This document shows, piece after piece, positions 26,218-35,696 of a DNA stretch of 52,841 nucleotides. A program made the position numbers and the translations under genes. The first letter of the stretch is position 1. Each line of letters opens with the position of its first letter. The DNA comes from a virus (taxonomy: Duplodnaviria > Caudoviricetes), in the IMG/VR virus record IMGVR_UViG_3300033475_000031, positions 1 to 52,841 of that record, one strand, 5' to 3'. Under the pieces are notes generated by a model, which had not been told where the DNA came from, made no database searches, and was given only the letters and a program-made list of their open reading frames with translations.

Positions 26218-26559
26218 ATGGACGAGTCCGCCAAAGCCCCGGCCGATATCGAAGCTCCTCCTGCCGCCGCCTCTCACGTGCGCATGCGTCATGCCGACAG
26301 CACCATCTCGTTCTCGTTCGCCGAGAAGCAGGACGATGGTGCATGGGTCGTGCCGATGGATCAGCTCGATCACGCCCAAGCCCACGGCCTCTACATCTGC
26401 CACACCGATGACGAGTCCGCGCCAGCGCAGAGCCCCGAGGTGCCGGCTGCCCCAGCTACGGAAGCCAAGGCAGGCGAAGCAGAAGCTGAGGCTGTCGACG
26501 AGACCGAGGACGAGCCCGGCGAGAAGCAAGAGCGCCGCCGCCCCGGCAAGAAGAGCTGA
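26218..26559 (+). CDS. Small acidic head-associated protein (hypothetical)
   Basis: AAGGA RBS, ATG 26218; directly after the capsid gene. Confidence 0.65.
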   Translation: MDESAKAPADIEAPPAAASHVRMRHADSTISFSFAEKQDDGAWVVPMDQLDHAQAHGLYICHTDDESAPAQSPEVPAAPATEAKAGEAEAEAVDETEDEPGEKQERRRPGKKS

Positions 26560-26569
26560 TCCGTAGCCG

Positions 26570-27433
26570 ATGCCGACCTACGCCATTCCCGCACCGAAAC
26601 TGATCCCGACCGCGCTGACTTCGCCGGTCGCAGTTCAGATGTGGGTGAATGGGACGGCCCCCGATGCCTCGGGCGGGGAGAACGTGGCGGTCGATGCCGC
26701 CATCATCGGCCTGATCAACACGGCGTCACGCATGGCGCTGAGCTACATCAACCGGAGCAGCTTTCTGGTCCACACGGTGACCGAGCAGCGCACCTGCTAC
26801 GACCAGCCCAGCATGATGCTGCAGAGCTATCCTGTGCTCAGCATCCAGTCGGTCACGATCGGCAACGCCTCGATCCCGGCCCAGACGACGCCGGGGAATG
26901 CAGGGTATGTGCTCGATCCATGGGACGGGCTCGGCCCGGGTGCGCCCCAGCGGCTATCCGTAGTTGGGAATTGCTTTTCCTCGGCCCCGGGCTCCAACGT
27001 GGTGATCTACACGGCCGGCTACGCCGTTCAGGGCGAAAGCCAGACGCCGTCCCCGACTGACGGAACGGTGTGGCCAAGTTCGCCGCTAGGCCGGTTTACA
27101 GCCGACTGGAAGGTGCTCGACGCGGCGGGGGCTGCCATGGCCCCAGTCACCACACCCCCCTCTGTGGGCCAGTATATCGCCCCTACAGACGATCAGACGC
27201 CCTACGTGTTCAACACGGCCCAAGGCGCGGTCAATCTCTACTATTCGTACATCCCGGCCGACATCGACTATGCGATCTGCAAGTGGGTGGGCGAGCAGTA
27301 CAAATACCGGACCCACATCGGGCTCCGCTCCGTTTCGGCCCAAGGCCAGATCACGACCGGCTACATCATCGAGAAGATGCCGGCCGATGTCGCGTTGGTA
27401 CTCAACCAGTACCAGCGCATGGTGACGGTGTGA
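26570..27433 (+). CDS. Head-tail adaptor/connector
   Basis: LI..AS....Y.NR, YPV.SI..V, V.YTAGY, PADI..A, L..Y.R. Confidence 0.8.
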   Translation: MPTYAIPAPKLIPTALTSPVAVQMWVNGTAPDASGGENVAVDAAIIGLINTASRMALSYINRSSFLVHTVTEQRTCYDQPSMMLQSYPVLSIQSVTIGNASIPAQTTPGNAGYVLDPWDGLGPGAPQRLSVVGNCFSSAPGSNVVIYTAGYAVQGESQTPSPTDGTVWPSSPLGRFTADWKVLDAAGAAMAPVTTPPSVGQYIAPTDDQTPYVFNTAQGAVNLYYSYIPADIDYAICKWVGEQYKYRTHIGLRSVSAQGQITTGYIIEKMPADVALVLNQYQRMVTV

Positions 27434-27436
27434 GCC

Positions 27437-27946
27437 ATGCAGATCAAAATCGCCCTCGTCGGTGATCGCGAGCTGGTAGCTCAGATCGATAGCCTGCCGC
27501 AGCAGGTCCACGATCAGGTCAAGCAGGCCATCACCGCGCTGTCGATCAATCTCCGCACCAAGGTGATGACCGAACAGCTGTCGGGACCGACTGGCGCACA
27601 CACCCTTTCCGTAGTTACCGGCCGGCTGCGCCGGTCGATCGCGTGGCATGTCGACGAGGAGGGCGACTCCCGCATCGTCGGCACGGTGACCTACTCGCCC
27701 GATGTGCCCTACGCCCGCATCCATGAGCTGGGCGGTACGATCCACATTCCCGAGATCACCGCCAAGAACGCCAAGGCGCTCCACTTCATGTGGCAGGGTC
27801 GCGAGGTGTTCTTCAAGAAGGTCTCGGCGCACGACGTGCACATGCCGGCGCGCGCGCCGCTCAAGACGGCGTTCCAGAACTACATCCCGACGATCAAGTC
27901 TGAGCTTCAGGAAGCAGTCAATCGCGCGTTCAGGGTCCACTCATGA
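27437..27946 (+). CDS. Tail completion/neck protein (HK97 gp10 / Mu gpG-like)
   Basis: TGRLRRSI, YARIHELGG, MPAR.P. Confidence 0.8.
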   Translation: MQIKIALVGDRELVAQIDSLPQQVHDQVKQAITALSINLRTKVMTEQLSGPTGAHTLSVVTGRLRRSIAWHVDEEGDSRIVGTVTYSPDVPYARIHELGGTIHIPEITAKNAKALHFMWQGREVFFKKVSAHDVHMPARAPLKTAFQNYIPTIKSELQEAVNRAFRVHS

Positions 27947-28398
27947 GCTTCAACAACGGCAAGACCCGGAACGACATCCTCGACGCAGCCCTCGGTTTCT
28001 TTCAGGGCATTGCCCCGTGGCAGTCAGCGCCCAGCCGCAAGTTCAAGACGTGGGACGATGTTCCCCACGCCGCGCGGCCAGCGATGTTCCTCGTCAAGAC
28101 GGGCGAGGAGCGGACCCACAACGACTTCGAAGGCCTTCCGCCCTCTATCACGATGGACGTGACGATGTTCATCTACACGTGGGCTCCGCAGTCGGTCGCG
28201 GTTCCGGACACGCAGCTGCAGGATATTTTGGACAGTGTCGATAAGGCGCTTGCTCCCTCGCCTTTGATGGGAAGCAAGCAAACGCTGGGCGGACTGGTCA
28301 GCCACTGCTGGATTGAAGGGCGGACTCTGACCATTCCCGGCGACCTCGATGGCGATGGCATCGCCGTGATCCCGCTCAAAATTCTAATCCCTTCGTAA
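27943..28398 (+). CDS. Tail terminator protein
   Basis: Position; LD.V..AL.P...QTLGGLV..C.I.G. Confidence 0.7.
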   Translation: MSFNNGKTRNDILDAALGFFQGIAPWQSAPSRKFKTWDDVPHAARPAMFLVKTGEERTHNDFEGLPPSITMDVTMFIYTWAPQSVAVPDTQLQDILDSVDKALAPSPLMGSKQTLGGLVSHCWIEGRTLTIPGDLDGDGIAVIPLKILIPS

Positions 28399-28411
28399 AG
28401 GAGATACAGGC

Positions 28412-29164
28412 ATGTCGCAGTACAATTTCGGTGTCGGGTACGTGATCGGGAAGCGGACGGATGTGTCCAACACCCAGCCCGCGTTCTTCGGTGTCGTGCA
28501 GGAATGGGAACTGGATATCGACCAGAAGCTGGTCACCCTGATGGGCCAGTACAAGGACCCGGTCGACGTGGCTCCCAGCGAGCGCACCATCACGGGCAAG
28601 ATCAAGTTCGGCCGACTGCAGATGACCCAGTGGGGCAACATGCTCTTCGGCATCGCGCCCACGGCCAACTCGGGCATCGACATGATCACCAACGAGACCA
28701 AGACGACCACGACCACGACCTACACGGTAGTTGGTGGCGCGGCCTTCACCGATGATCTCGGCGTCTACTACAACACCACTGGCATTGCCCTGACGCCGGT
28801 CGCCTCAGCGCCGACCGTGGGCCAGTATGTCCCGGGTGTGTCGGGCACTGGCACCTACACGATCAACACCTCGGATGGTGCCGCCAATCTGCTGTCGTTC
28901 TTCTACATGCAGTCCTCGACCAACCAAAACTCAGTCTCGGTCACGCAGGCCCTGATGGGTACTGGTCCGGTCTGCGAGCTGAACTTCAGCAACCCCTACA
29001 CGGTGCAGGGCGTGGTGAAGAAGATGAACATCACGCTGCCGGCCATTCGCATCAGCAAGGCTCCGCTGCAGCTGAAGAACACGGCCTACCTGATCCCCGA
29101 GATGGACTTCACCGCATTCCTCAGCGCCTCGGGCCAGATCATGCAGTGGTCGATGTCCGAGTAG
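28412..29164 (+). CDS. Major tail tube protein with inserted beta domain
   Basis: Position, AAGGAG RBS, FG.VQ...LD......L.GQ...P..VA.....I.GK.K; no sheath gene present. Confidence 0.8.
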   Translation: MSQYNFGVGYVIGKRTDVSNTQPAFFGVVQEWELDIDQKLVTLMGQYKDPVDVAPSERTITGKIKFGRLQMTQWGNMLFGIAPTANSGIDMITNETKTTTTTTYTVVGGAAFTDDLGVYYNTTGIALTPVASAPTVGQYVPGVSGTGTYTINTSDGAANLLSFFYMQSSTNQNSVSVTQALMGTGPVCELNFSNPYTVQGVVKKMNITLPAIRISKAPLQLKNTAYLIPEMDFTAFLSASGQIMQWSMSE

Positions 29165-29235
29165 TCATTGATAACGCTCACTGGGGCCAGCTTCCGTAGT
29201 TGGGGCTGGCCCATATCACGCTCAAAGGAGAACAG

Positions 29236-29679
29236 ATGCCTGAAGCCGTAAATGTCATCACCCTCGGTGGCAGGGACTACCCCGTTCAACCGCTTTCCGT
29301 TCGCCAGCTTCGCGTCGTTGTTCCTGCTGTCACCGGCCTGCTGCGCGAGCTTGGCCCGATGGTCGCGGCGGCCGAGCGACTGAAGCTGGGCAGTGAGGGT
29401 CTGACGCCCGATATGTTTGAAGCGATGATGTCGTCGCTGCAGCTGACCGAGGCTCAGTTCGATTTCCTGATTACGGCAATTCACGGCACCTTGGTGCGCA
29501 CACACCCCAACATGACCAAGGATGATTTCCTCAACCTCGACGCCACCATGATGGAGCTGTTCAGCGCGCTGCCGATGGTCATGAACATGACCGGGCTGCT
29601 GAGGTCCAAGGAAGGTGCGCCGGGGGAAGCCAGCCCCTCAGTAGAGGGGCCAGCAGCGGTGACCCCCTCGACGCACTGA
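29236..29679 (+). CDS. Tail assembly chaperone (gpG-like)
   Basis: AAGGAG RBS, ATG 29236; between tube and tape measure genes. Confidence 0.8.
   Translation: MPEAVNVITLGGRDYPVQPLSVRQLRVVVPAVTGLLRELGPMVAAAERLKLGSEGLTPDMFEAMMSSLQLTEAQFDFLITAIHGTLVRTHPNMTKDDFLNLDATMMELFSALPMVMNMTGLLRSKEGAPGEASPSVEGPAAVTPSTH
29622..29628 (+). other. -1 programmed ribosomal frameshift site G GGG GAA
   Basis: In-frame CCG GGG GAA; the -1 frame is open from 29622 to the stop at 29969; GGGGGAA is the established mycobacteriophage L5-type chaperone slippery site. Confidence 0.8.
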
Positions 29680-29969
29680 GGGACCTGAACTTTGACAAAT
29701 GGATCGTGCGCGTCCTGCGCTCGATCGGCGGCAGCTGGGAACAATGGGAGGATGAGCTAACCTACGATCGCTTCGTTGCACTGATGGAATCCGAAGAGGA
29801 AGTACCGCCCTTGTATGTGACTGGGTATCTCGTCGCAGTTTATTTCGGGGCCATGAAGCCCTCCCATAAGTCTCACGGTTCGGCACCTTCGGGTGCCGAT
29901 GCTTTCATTTCTGAGTTCGGCGCATCGGGCCAGTTGACCGGATCAATGGGGATTTGGGGCAATGGCTGA
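29622..29969 (+). CDS. Tail assembly chaperone frameshift extension (gpT-like)
   Basis: Open -1 frame GGSQPLSRG...WIVRVLRSIGGSWEQWEDELTYDRF; overlaps the tape measure start. Confidence 0.75.
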   Translation, partial: GGSQPLSRGASSGDPLDALRDLNFDKWIVRVLRSIGGSWEQWEDELTYDRFVALMESEEEVPPLYVTGYLVAVYFGAMKPSHKSHGSAPSGADAFISEFGASGQLTGSMGIWGNG

Positions 29970-32847
29970 CGACAATGAGATGCAGGCCAAGATTACGGCC
30001 GACAATGAGGACCTGAAGCAGAAGGCCAAGGAGTCCGCTGAAGCCATCAAGCAGATGGCTGCGCAAATGAAAGAGGTTGAGAAAAACCTAGATAGTTTGC
30101 GAGAAAAGATTGTTGAGGCCTTCAGCTTCGCAGCGATCGTTGAGTTTACTGAGCATTTCGCCAAGCTCGGTGATCAGGCCCTTGAGATGGCCGCTCAGTT
30201 GGGTACTACCGTAGAGGCGGTGACCGAGCTGCAGACTGCTTACAAGATCATGGGCATCGAAGGTGGGCTCAGTGCTCGTCAGTTGATTGTCCTTCAGCGT
30301 GATCTGTCCTTGGCGGCGACTAATAGCTCATCTGTGCAGGCCAAGGCGTTGTCGAACCTCGGCGTCAATATGGACGAGGTCAAGAGCAAGCTGAATGATG
30401 GCAAGGCGTTGCTCGAAATCATGCGCAAGGCATGGCAGGACAATGCCGATGGCGCAAACAAGCTCGCCAACTTTCAACGCATCTTCGGCCTCTCGTTGGC
30501 GCAAAATATTCCCTATCTCCTCAAGACCGATGAGGAAGTGGCCAAAGTTAATGAAACGGCTAAGGAGATGGGCACCATCTTTGGCGAACGGACCGCCAAA
30601 GCAATGTCCGATTCAGGAGAAAAACTTAATACCTTTTGGACTAGTACCCGAGGTCTGGGGGAAAGCATCTTTATGGTGCTCAAACCAGCATTGGACCTGT
30701 TCTTTACTACACTCACTGACATTGTTTTGTGGCTGCGCTCAGGAAGCGAAGCCATTGCCAATTTCATCAACTACTCCCCGGATGTCGTAAACCTCTCTTC
30801 TGCTTTCACGACACTTTGGCAGCAGATCGTCAAGTTCGACCAGACGATGGTCGAGCTTATGGGCACGTTTGATGCAGGAGCGCTCCTTAATTTCACGGGC
30901 TTCTTGGCCGATGTCTCAACCATGGCTCGTGATACAGCCAAGGAAATCGCTTGGATCACGGCAGCAGTTAAAGATTTGGGCGCATGGCTGACGCGAGTTA
31001 AGGAGGAGTCCAAAGAGAACAAGCTCTTTGAAACTTCATCGGAAAAAAAGGAGATCGACGATCTAACCACTAAGATCGAACTGTTGAAGGGTCAGCGGGA
31101 ACTAGCTGCTCAAGCAGATTTGATCACACATAAAAATACAGCTGCGGAAATAGAGAAGGTTATCAAGGAGTCTCAGGACAGGATCGAGATTCTGTCAAAG
31201 CTTCACGTCGATCGTTTGGAAGCCATTCGCAAAAAGCAGCTCGATGACGAAAAGAAAGCTTGGGACGACTATGGACAGTATGTTCTAGGTATTCTCGATT
31301 CGATCGAAGCCGCCAATACTGCAAATCATCATCCCAAGGAAAAGCCGGAAGGCAAAAAAGACGATGGTAAGCGTCAGCCTCCGGGTATTACTACGGGTGG
31401 TGGCGGCAAGCATCATCCGGCTCCTGAGTTCATGAAGGAGTGGAAGGAAGCCCTTCAGCAACAGCAGATCGACAACAACGATTTCTTCGATAAGGCCAAG
31501 CAGACCGAGCAGGCCTATTGGGAAAGCAAGCTTGCCTTTGTCCAATCCAACCTGAAGCAGATCACGGCTCAGTACATCGCGTCAGGTCAGACGCAGGAGC
31601 AGGCTGCTAGGTCGGTGCGCGATCTGCAATTTGGACTCGAATCTCAGATTTTCGAGCTGAAGAAAGCCAACGCCAACAAAGCCATTGAAGAGGCGAAGAA
31701 AGCGCTCGATCGCGATCTCGCTAACTTCAAAGAGCAGCTGGATGCCAAGCAGATTTCTGAATCCGAGTGGTATGAAAAATCCAGAGCTGCCCATGCTACC
31801 TACAGCGCCTTTTTGGAGAGTCAGGGCGCAAAGGATACCGAGAAGTGGAAAGATGAGCTTCGTCAGAGGGACAAGCTCGACGCTGATCATCTGAAGAATG
31901 CTTCCAAGGTCTGGGTCGATGCTTTCAACTACATCGATCAGCAGATCAACACGATGCTGAATGGCGTCCTGCAGGGCACCCAGACTTGGGAAAAGGCCAT
32001 GCAGAACTTCTTCAAAAACATGGCCATCAGCTTCATCACCCAGATCGCCCAGATGACCATCAAGTGGCTCGCGTTTAAAGCCCTGATGACGTTGAGTGGC
32101 GGCACGGTGAACATCGGCAACCCGTTCAACGCGTTAAGCGGTATCGGTAGCGCGATCGGTGGGTTGGTCGGTGGCGGTGGCGCTGGGGGAGGTGCAGCTG
32201 GCGGCGGGGCCTCTTCTAGCGAGAAGCAGCTGACTACAGCCGTTAACGCAGGAACAGCGGCTACCAAGACCCTTGCTACTGCGACTGGCAACAACACGAT
32301 CGGCACGATCGCCAATACAGGCGGCATTCTTCAGCAGATAGTCGGGGCGGTTCAATGGATTGCCGGAATGCTCGGCCTGACCACAACTACTACTGCACAA
32401 GTTGGTACCAACATTTCGTTGGAAGCTTCGAACATCGCGCTTGCCGCTGAGATGGTAGGCCTTCAGTTTGCAATCGAAGCCCTGACCATCGTTATGGCGA
32501 CCAAGCCTCCGGGCCTTGCGACTGGTGCGTGGTCCATCCCTAACGACATGCATGCGATCGTCCACAAGGGCGAGATGATCATTCCGGCTGCCCATGCCGA
32601 GGCGCTGCGCAGCGGTGCGGGCCTCAACTACGGAAGCAATGGCTCGTCGGGCCCGAGCACGCCGGTCGGTGGCGGTGGTGGCAGTGGCGGGGGCACGATC
32701 GCCGTCACCATCAATGCGATGGACTCGCGCAGCCTGCAGACCTTCCTGCAGGCCAATCCGCAATCGCTGGCGCGCGCCATGGGTGTGATCGGCCGCAACG
32801 GTAGTACTCAGGTGGCAACGGCGGCAGGGCAGGGCCGCAGGTTCTAA
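29962..32847 (+). CDS. Tape measure protein
   Basis: 961 aa, helical; C-terminal LATGAW.IP.D..A.VHKGEMIIPA and INAMD..S motifs. Confidence 0.9.
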   Translation: MADDNEMQAKITADNEDLKQKAKESAEAIKQMAAQMKEVEKNLDSLREKIVEAFSFAAIVEFTEHFAKLGDQALEMAAQLGTTVEAVTELQTAYKIMGIEGGLSARQLIVLQRDLSLAATNSSSVQAKALSNLGVNMDEVKSKLNDGKALLEIMRKAWQDNADGANKLANFQRIFGLSLAQNIPYLLKTDEEVAKVNETAKEMGTIFGERTAKAMSDSGEKLNTFWTSTRGLGESIFMVLKPALDLFFTTLTDIVLWLRSGSEAIANFINYSPDVVNLSSAFTTLWQQIVKFDQTMVELMGTFDAGALLNFTGFLADVSTMARDTAKEIAWITAAVKDLGAWLTRVKEESKENKLFETSSEKKEIDDLTTKIELLKGQRELAAQADLITHKNTAAEIEKVIKESQDRIEILSKLHVDRLEAIRKKQLDDEKKAWDDYGQYVLGILDSIEAANTANHHPKEKPEGKKDDGKRQPPGITTGGGGKHHPAPEFMKEWKEALQQQQIDNNDFFDKAKQTEQAYWESKLAFVQSNLKQITAQYIASGQTQEQAARSVRDLQFGLESQIFELKKANANKAIEEAKKALDRDLANFKEQLDAKQISESEWYEKSRAAHATYSAFLESQGAKDTEKWKDELRQRDKLDADHLKNASKVWVDAFNYIDQQINTMLNGVLQGTQTWEKAMQNFFKNMAISFITQIAQMTIKWLAFKALMTLSGGTVNIGNPFNALSGIGSAIGGLVGGGGAGGGAAGGGASSSEKQLTTAVNAGTAATKTLATATGNNTIGTIANTGGILQQIVGAVQWIAGMLGLTTTTTAQVGTNISLEASNIALAAEMVGLQFAIEALTIVMATKPPGLATGAWSIPNDMHAIVHKGEMIIPAAHAEALRSGAGLNYGSNGSSGPSTPVGGGGGSGGGTIAVTINAMDSRSLQTFLQANPQSLARAMGVIGRNGSTQVATAAGQGRRF

Positions 32848-33489
32848 ATGTCGACGCAAGTCTTTCCCAACCTCTCCTACCCCGGGCAGGCTTTCCAAAC
32901 GCAGCGCGCCACCATCTGGAGCACCGACAAGCAGTACAACATTTCCGGCAAGGAGGTGTCGACCTCGCGCTGGTCCTACCCGATCTACGAATGGACGCTG
33001 GCGTTCAACGTTCTGCGGCAGGGTTCCGTAGCTGGGGTGACCCAGACTGAGATGTCGAGCCTGCTAGGCTTCTACAATAACCGACAAGGCGGCTACGACT
33101 CGTTCCTTTATCAGGACATCCTCGATAACAGCGTCACTGATCAGGCGATCGGCTCGGGTACTGGTTCGCAAACCGTATTCCAGCTGCAGCGGCAATTTGG
33201 TGTTGGTGGGCCCGTGATGCCGATCTTCGCCCCCAACGTCGTGACCAACGTCAAGCTGAACGGCGTCGTGCAATCGGGGGGCAGCTACACCATCACCAGC
33301 TGGGCAACGGGCAACACCAACGGACCGGGCAAGATCATCTTCAATTCGGCCCCGGGCAACGGTGTGGCGATCACCTCGACCTTCACCTATTACTTCCCCT
33401 GCCTCTTCACGGCGGACCTCTGTGAGTTCGTCAAGTCGCTGCAGGGCTACTACGCGGTCAGCAAGCTCGTGTTCAGGAGCTTGAAATGA
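32848..33489 (+). CDS. Distal tail protein, DUF2460-like, copy 1
   Basis: WST......SGKE....W.YP, L.GF...R.G..DSF, G.G.G.QT.FQL, F..AP..G. Confidence 0.85.
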   Translation: MSTQVFPNLSYPGQAFQTQRATIWSTDKQYNISGKEVSTSRWSYPIYEWTLAFNVLRQGSVAGVTQTEMSSLLGFYNNRQGGYDSFLYQDILDNSVTDQAIGSGTGSQTVFQLQRQFGVGGPVMPIFAPNVVTNVKLNGVVQSGGSYTITSWATGNTNGPGKIIFNSAPGNGVAITSTFTYYFPCLFTADLCEFVKSLQGYYAVSKLVFRSLK

Positions 33490-34118
33490 CCACCAGCGTC
33501 TTTCCTTCCCTGCCGGGCCGCGCATGGCCGATTTCGCGCACGGCGATGTGGAGCACGCGCTTGCAGATCGCGCTCAGCGGCAAGCTCATCACGCAAGCGG
33601 ACTGGGTTTATCCGCTCTACGTGTGGAAGGTCGATCACAACGTCTTGCGGCAGGGCACAGTCAACGGCACGGCCTACACCGAGCTTCAAACGCTCTTCAA
33701 CTTTTACGAAGCGGTGGGCGGCTCGTTCCAGTCATTTCTCTTCACCGACTCAGACGACAACAGTGTCACCGACCAAGCTGTAGGCTCAGGGACTGGTTCG
33801 CAAACCGTGTTCCCACTGCTTCGGACCTTTGGCGGGTTCGTCGAGCGCATCCAAGCTCCCAACGTTGTGACCAACGTCAAGCTGAACGGCACCATTCAAT
33901 CGGGCGGGACCTACACCATCACGAACTGGGGCACGACCAACACCAATGGCCCGGGCTGCCTCATCTTCAACACTCCGCCAGCGGCGGCGGTCGTGGTGGC
34001 CATCACCTACACCTACTACTTTCCCTGTCGCTTTATGGCCGATCAGGCTCCCTTCGAAAATCCCTACTCAGGGCGCTGGGCTGTCAAAAGCCTGCAATTC
34101 CAGAGCATCCGCATATGA
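33486..34118 (+). CDS. Distal tail protein, DUF2460-like, copy 2
   Basis: Colinear paralogue of 32848-33489 (shared DNSVTDQA.GSGTGSQTVF and APNVVTNVKLNG). Confidence 0.85.
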   Translation: MTTSVFPSLPGRAWPISRTAMWSTRLQIALSGKLITQADWVYPLYVWKVDHNVLRQGTVNGTAYTELQTLFNFYEAVGGSFQSFLFTDSDDNSVTDQAVGSGTGSQTVFPLLRTFGGFVERIQAPNVVTNVKLNGTIQSGGTYTITNWGTTNTNGPGCLIFNTPPAAAVVVAITYTYYFPCRFMADQAPFENPYSGRWAVKSLQFQSIRI

Positions 34119-34324
34119 ACCTTTGGTCATTCATCTTTCCCGATACGCGCTGTGGCTGGGTCTCGGCGCGCGTTGCCGCGCCCACCAAGGACGAGGCCTT
34201 TCGGCTGGTCGAGGAGCGTTGCGAGTATCCCTCCAATGCCAGCTATCCGATCATCGCGTCGTTCATGGGCAGGCAGGATGTCCCCGAGGGCATCTTGGAA
34301 GCCACCTACAGGGCCATAGTATGA
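34115..34324 (+). CDS. 69-aa hypothetical protein inserted in the tail-tip operon
   Basis: ATGA overlaps with both neighbours. Confidence 0.6.
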   Translation: MNLWSFIFPDTRCGWVSARVAAPTKDEAFRLVEERCEYPSNASYPIIASFMGRQDVPEGILEATYRAIV

Positions 34325-35226
34325 AGCCAGCTTCTCCTGAACTTCAGGCAATCCTTGCCTCTCGTGAGTTCTATCAAGCCGATCTCTATACGATGTCAGG
34401 CGGCAACATGGGTAGTACCGTGCTGCGCTACACATCGGCCGATCAGGATATCGTCGCCAACGGCTTCACCTATTCCTGCGGCGGCTTCACAGGCCCTTAC
34501 TTCGATCGCAAGGACCAGAAGGGCAAGATTCATTGGAAGGGCGGCACCGAAGCGGACACGCTTTCTTTCGTTGTCGTTCCCGGCTCGTCGCAGATTTTCG
34601 GCGTCTCATGGCAAACTGCCGTCAAGTACGGCTACCTCGATGGCGTGACGGTGATGATGGAGAAGGTGTTCATGAGCACCTTCGGGGACACCCGTGCCGG
34701 CACCGTGCGTTACTTCGTCGGTCGCATGACGACGATCGACATGGGCCGCAGCATGCTCGTGCTGAATGCGGCGTCCTTCCTTGAGTTGCTGAACCTCCAG
34801 CTGCCGCGCAACGTCTATCAGTCGGCGTGCCGCAACAACCTTGGTGATTTCGCCTGTGGCGTCAACATCCAGCCGGGTGGTCCCTATTCTTTTGCGGCGA
34901 CCGTGCAGGCCGGAAGCAACTCAGCATTCATCAACGCCAACATCACGACCACATGGACTGGCAATGCCTTCAACTGGGGCAAGGTCATCATCTGGAGCGG
35001 GCCGATGACGGGCCTGCAGGCCACGATCGGCTACGTCAACCAAGGCTCGCCCACCAGCCTGATTGCTCTGCTCACGCCCTTTCCCAGTGCCCCTACGACA
35101 GGCACCGCGCTCCAGATGATCTACGGCTGCGACAAGACGTTGGGCGCTGATGGCTGTCCCAAGTTCAACAACACGCTGCGGTATCGAGCTGAACGGCTGA
35201 TCCCGCTACCGGCCACGGTTACCTGA
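34321..35226 (+). CDS. Baseplate hub protein, DUF2163 / BR0599-like
   Basis: RYTSAD.D, G..DG, F.GR, L....PRN.YQ..C...LGD..C, GCDKT...C.KFNN. Confidence 0.88.
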   Translation: MKPASPELQAILASREFYQADLYTMSGGNMGSTVLRYTSADQDIVANGFTYSCGGFTGPYFDRKDQKGKIHWKGGTEADTLSFVVVPGSSQIFGVSWQTAVKYGYLDGVTVMMEKVFMSTFGDTRAGTVRYFVGRMTTIDMGRSMLVLNAASFLELLNLQLPRNVYQSACRNNLGDFACGVNIQPGGPYSFAATVQAGSNSAFINANITTTWTGNAFNWGKVIIWSGPMTGLQATIGYVNQGSPTSLIALLTPFPSAPTTGTALQMIYGCDKTLGADGCPKFNNTLRYRAERLIPLPATVT

Positions 35227-35690
35227 TGCTGACCCCCGAAGAGATCGCCAATGAACGTGCTTCCGTAGTTGGGAGCGCGCTCGGCTGGCTGGGCACGCCC
35301 TACCATCACATGGCGATGGTCCGGAACGGTGGATGCGATTGCGTCACCTTCCTCAAGGGCTCGTTCGTCGATGCCCGGCTCCCCGGGGAGCTGCCGGCGA
35401 TCGGCTTCTACCACAAGGACTGGCATCTCCATCGAGATGCCGAGAAGTACTTGGAGGGTGTGCTTGAGGCTTGCGTCGAGCGGCCTTCCGTAGTTGAGCG
35501 CAAGCCCGAGCCGGCCGACATCCTGTTGTTCAAGATCGGACGCGTGTTCAGCCACGGCGCGCTGGTGGTCGATTTCCCCAATCTCCTTCACTCGCAGGTC
35601 AACGTGGGCGTGGCCCGGGTGAACTACAATTTCAGCGATCTCAAAAGTCGCGAGACCAAAGTGTTCACCTACAAGCGCTGGGTGGAGTAG
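35226..35690 (+). CDS. NlpC/P60 tail-associated peptidase
   Basis: WLGTPYHH....G.DC, DILLFK.GR..SHGA. Confidence 0.92.
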   Translation: MLTPEEIANERASVVGSALGWLGTPYHHMAMVRNGGCDCVTFLKGSFVDARLPGELPAIGFYHKDWHLHRDAEKYLEGVLEACVERPSVVERKPEPADILLFKIGRVFSHGALVVDFPNLLHSQVNVGVARVNYNFSDLKSRETKVFTYKRWVE

Positions 35691-35696
35691 TACCGT

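Noticed and set aside
33946-34320. N-terminal extension of the hub gene given by the ORF track (similarly 39053, 19652, 5247, 3338, 21012)
   Set aside because: The extensions overlap other real genes or lack an RBS; downstream ATGs with an RBS or ATGA coupling are better starts.
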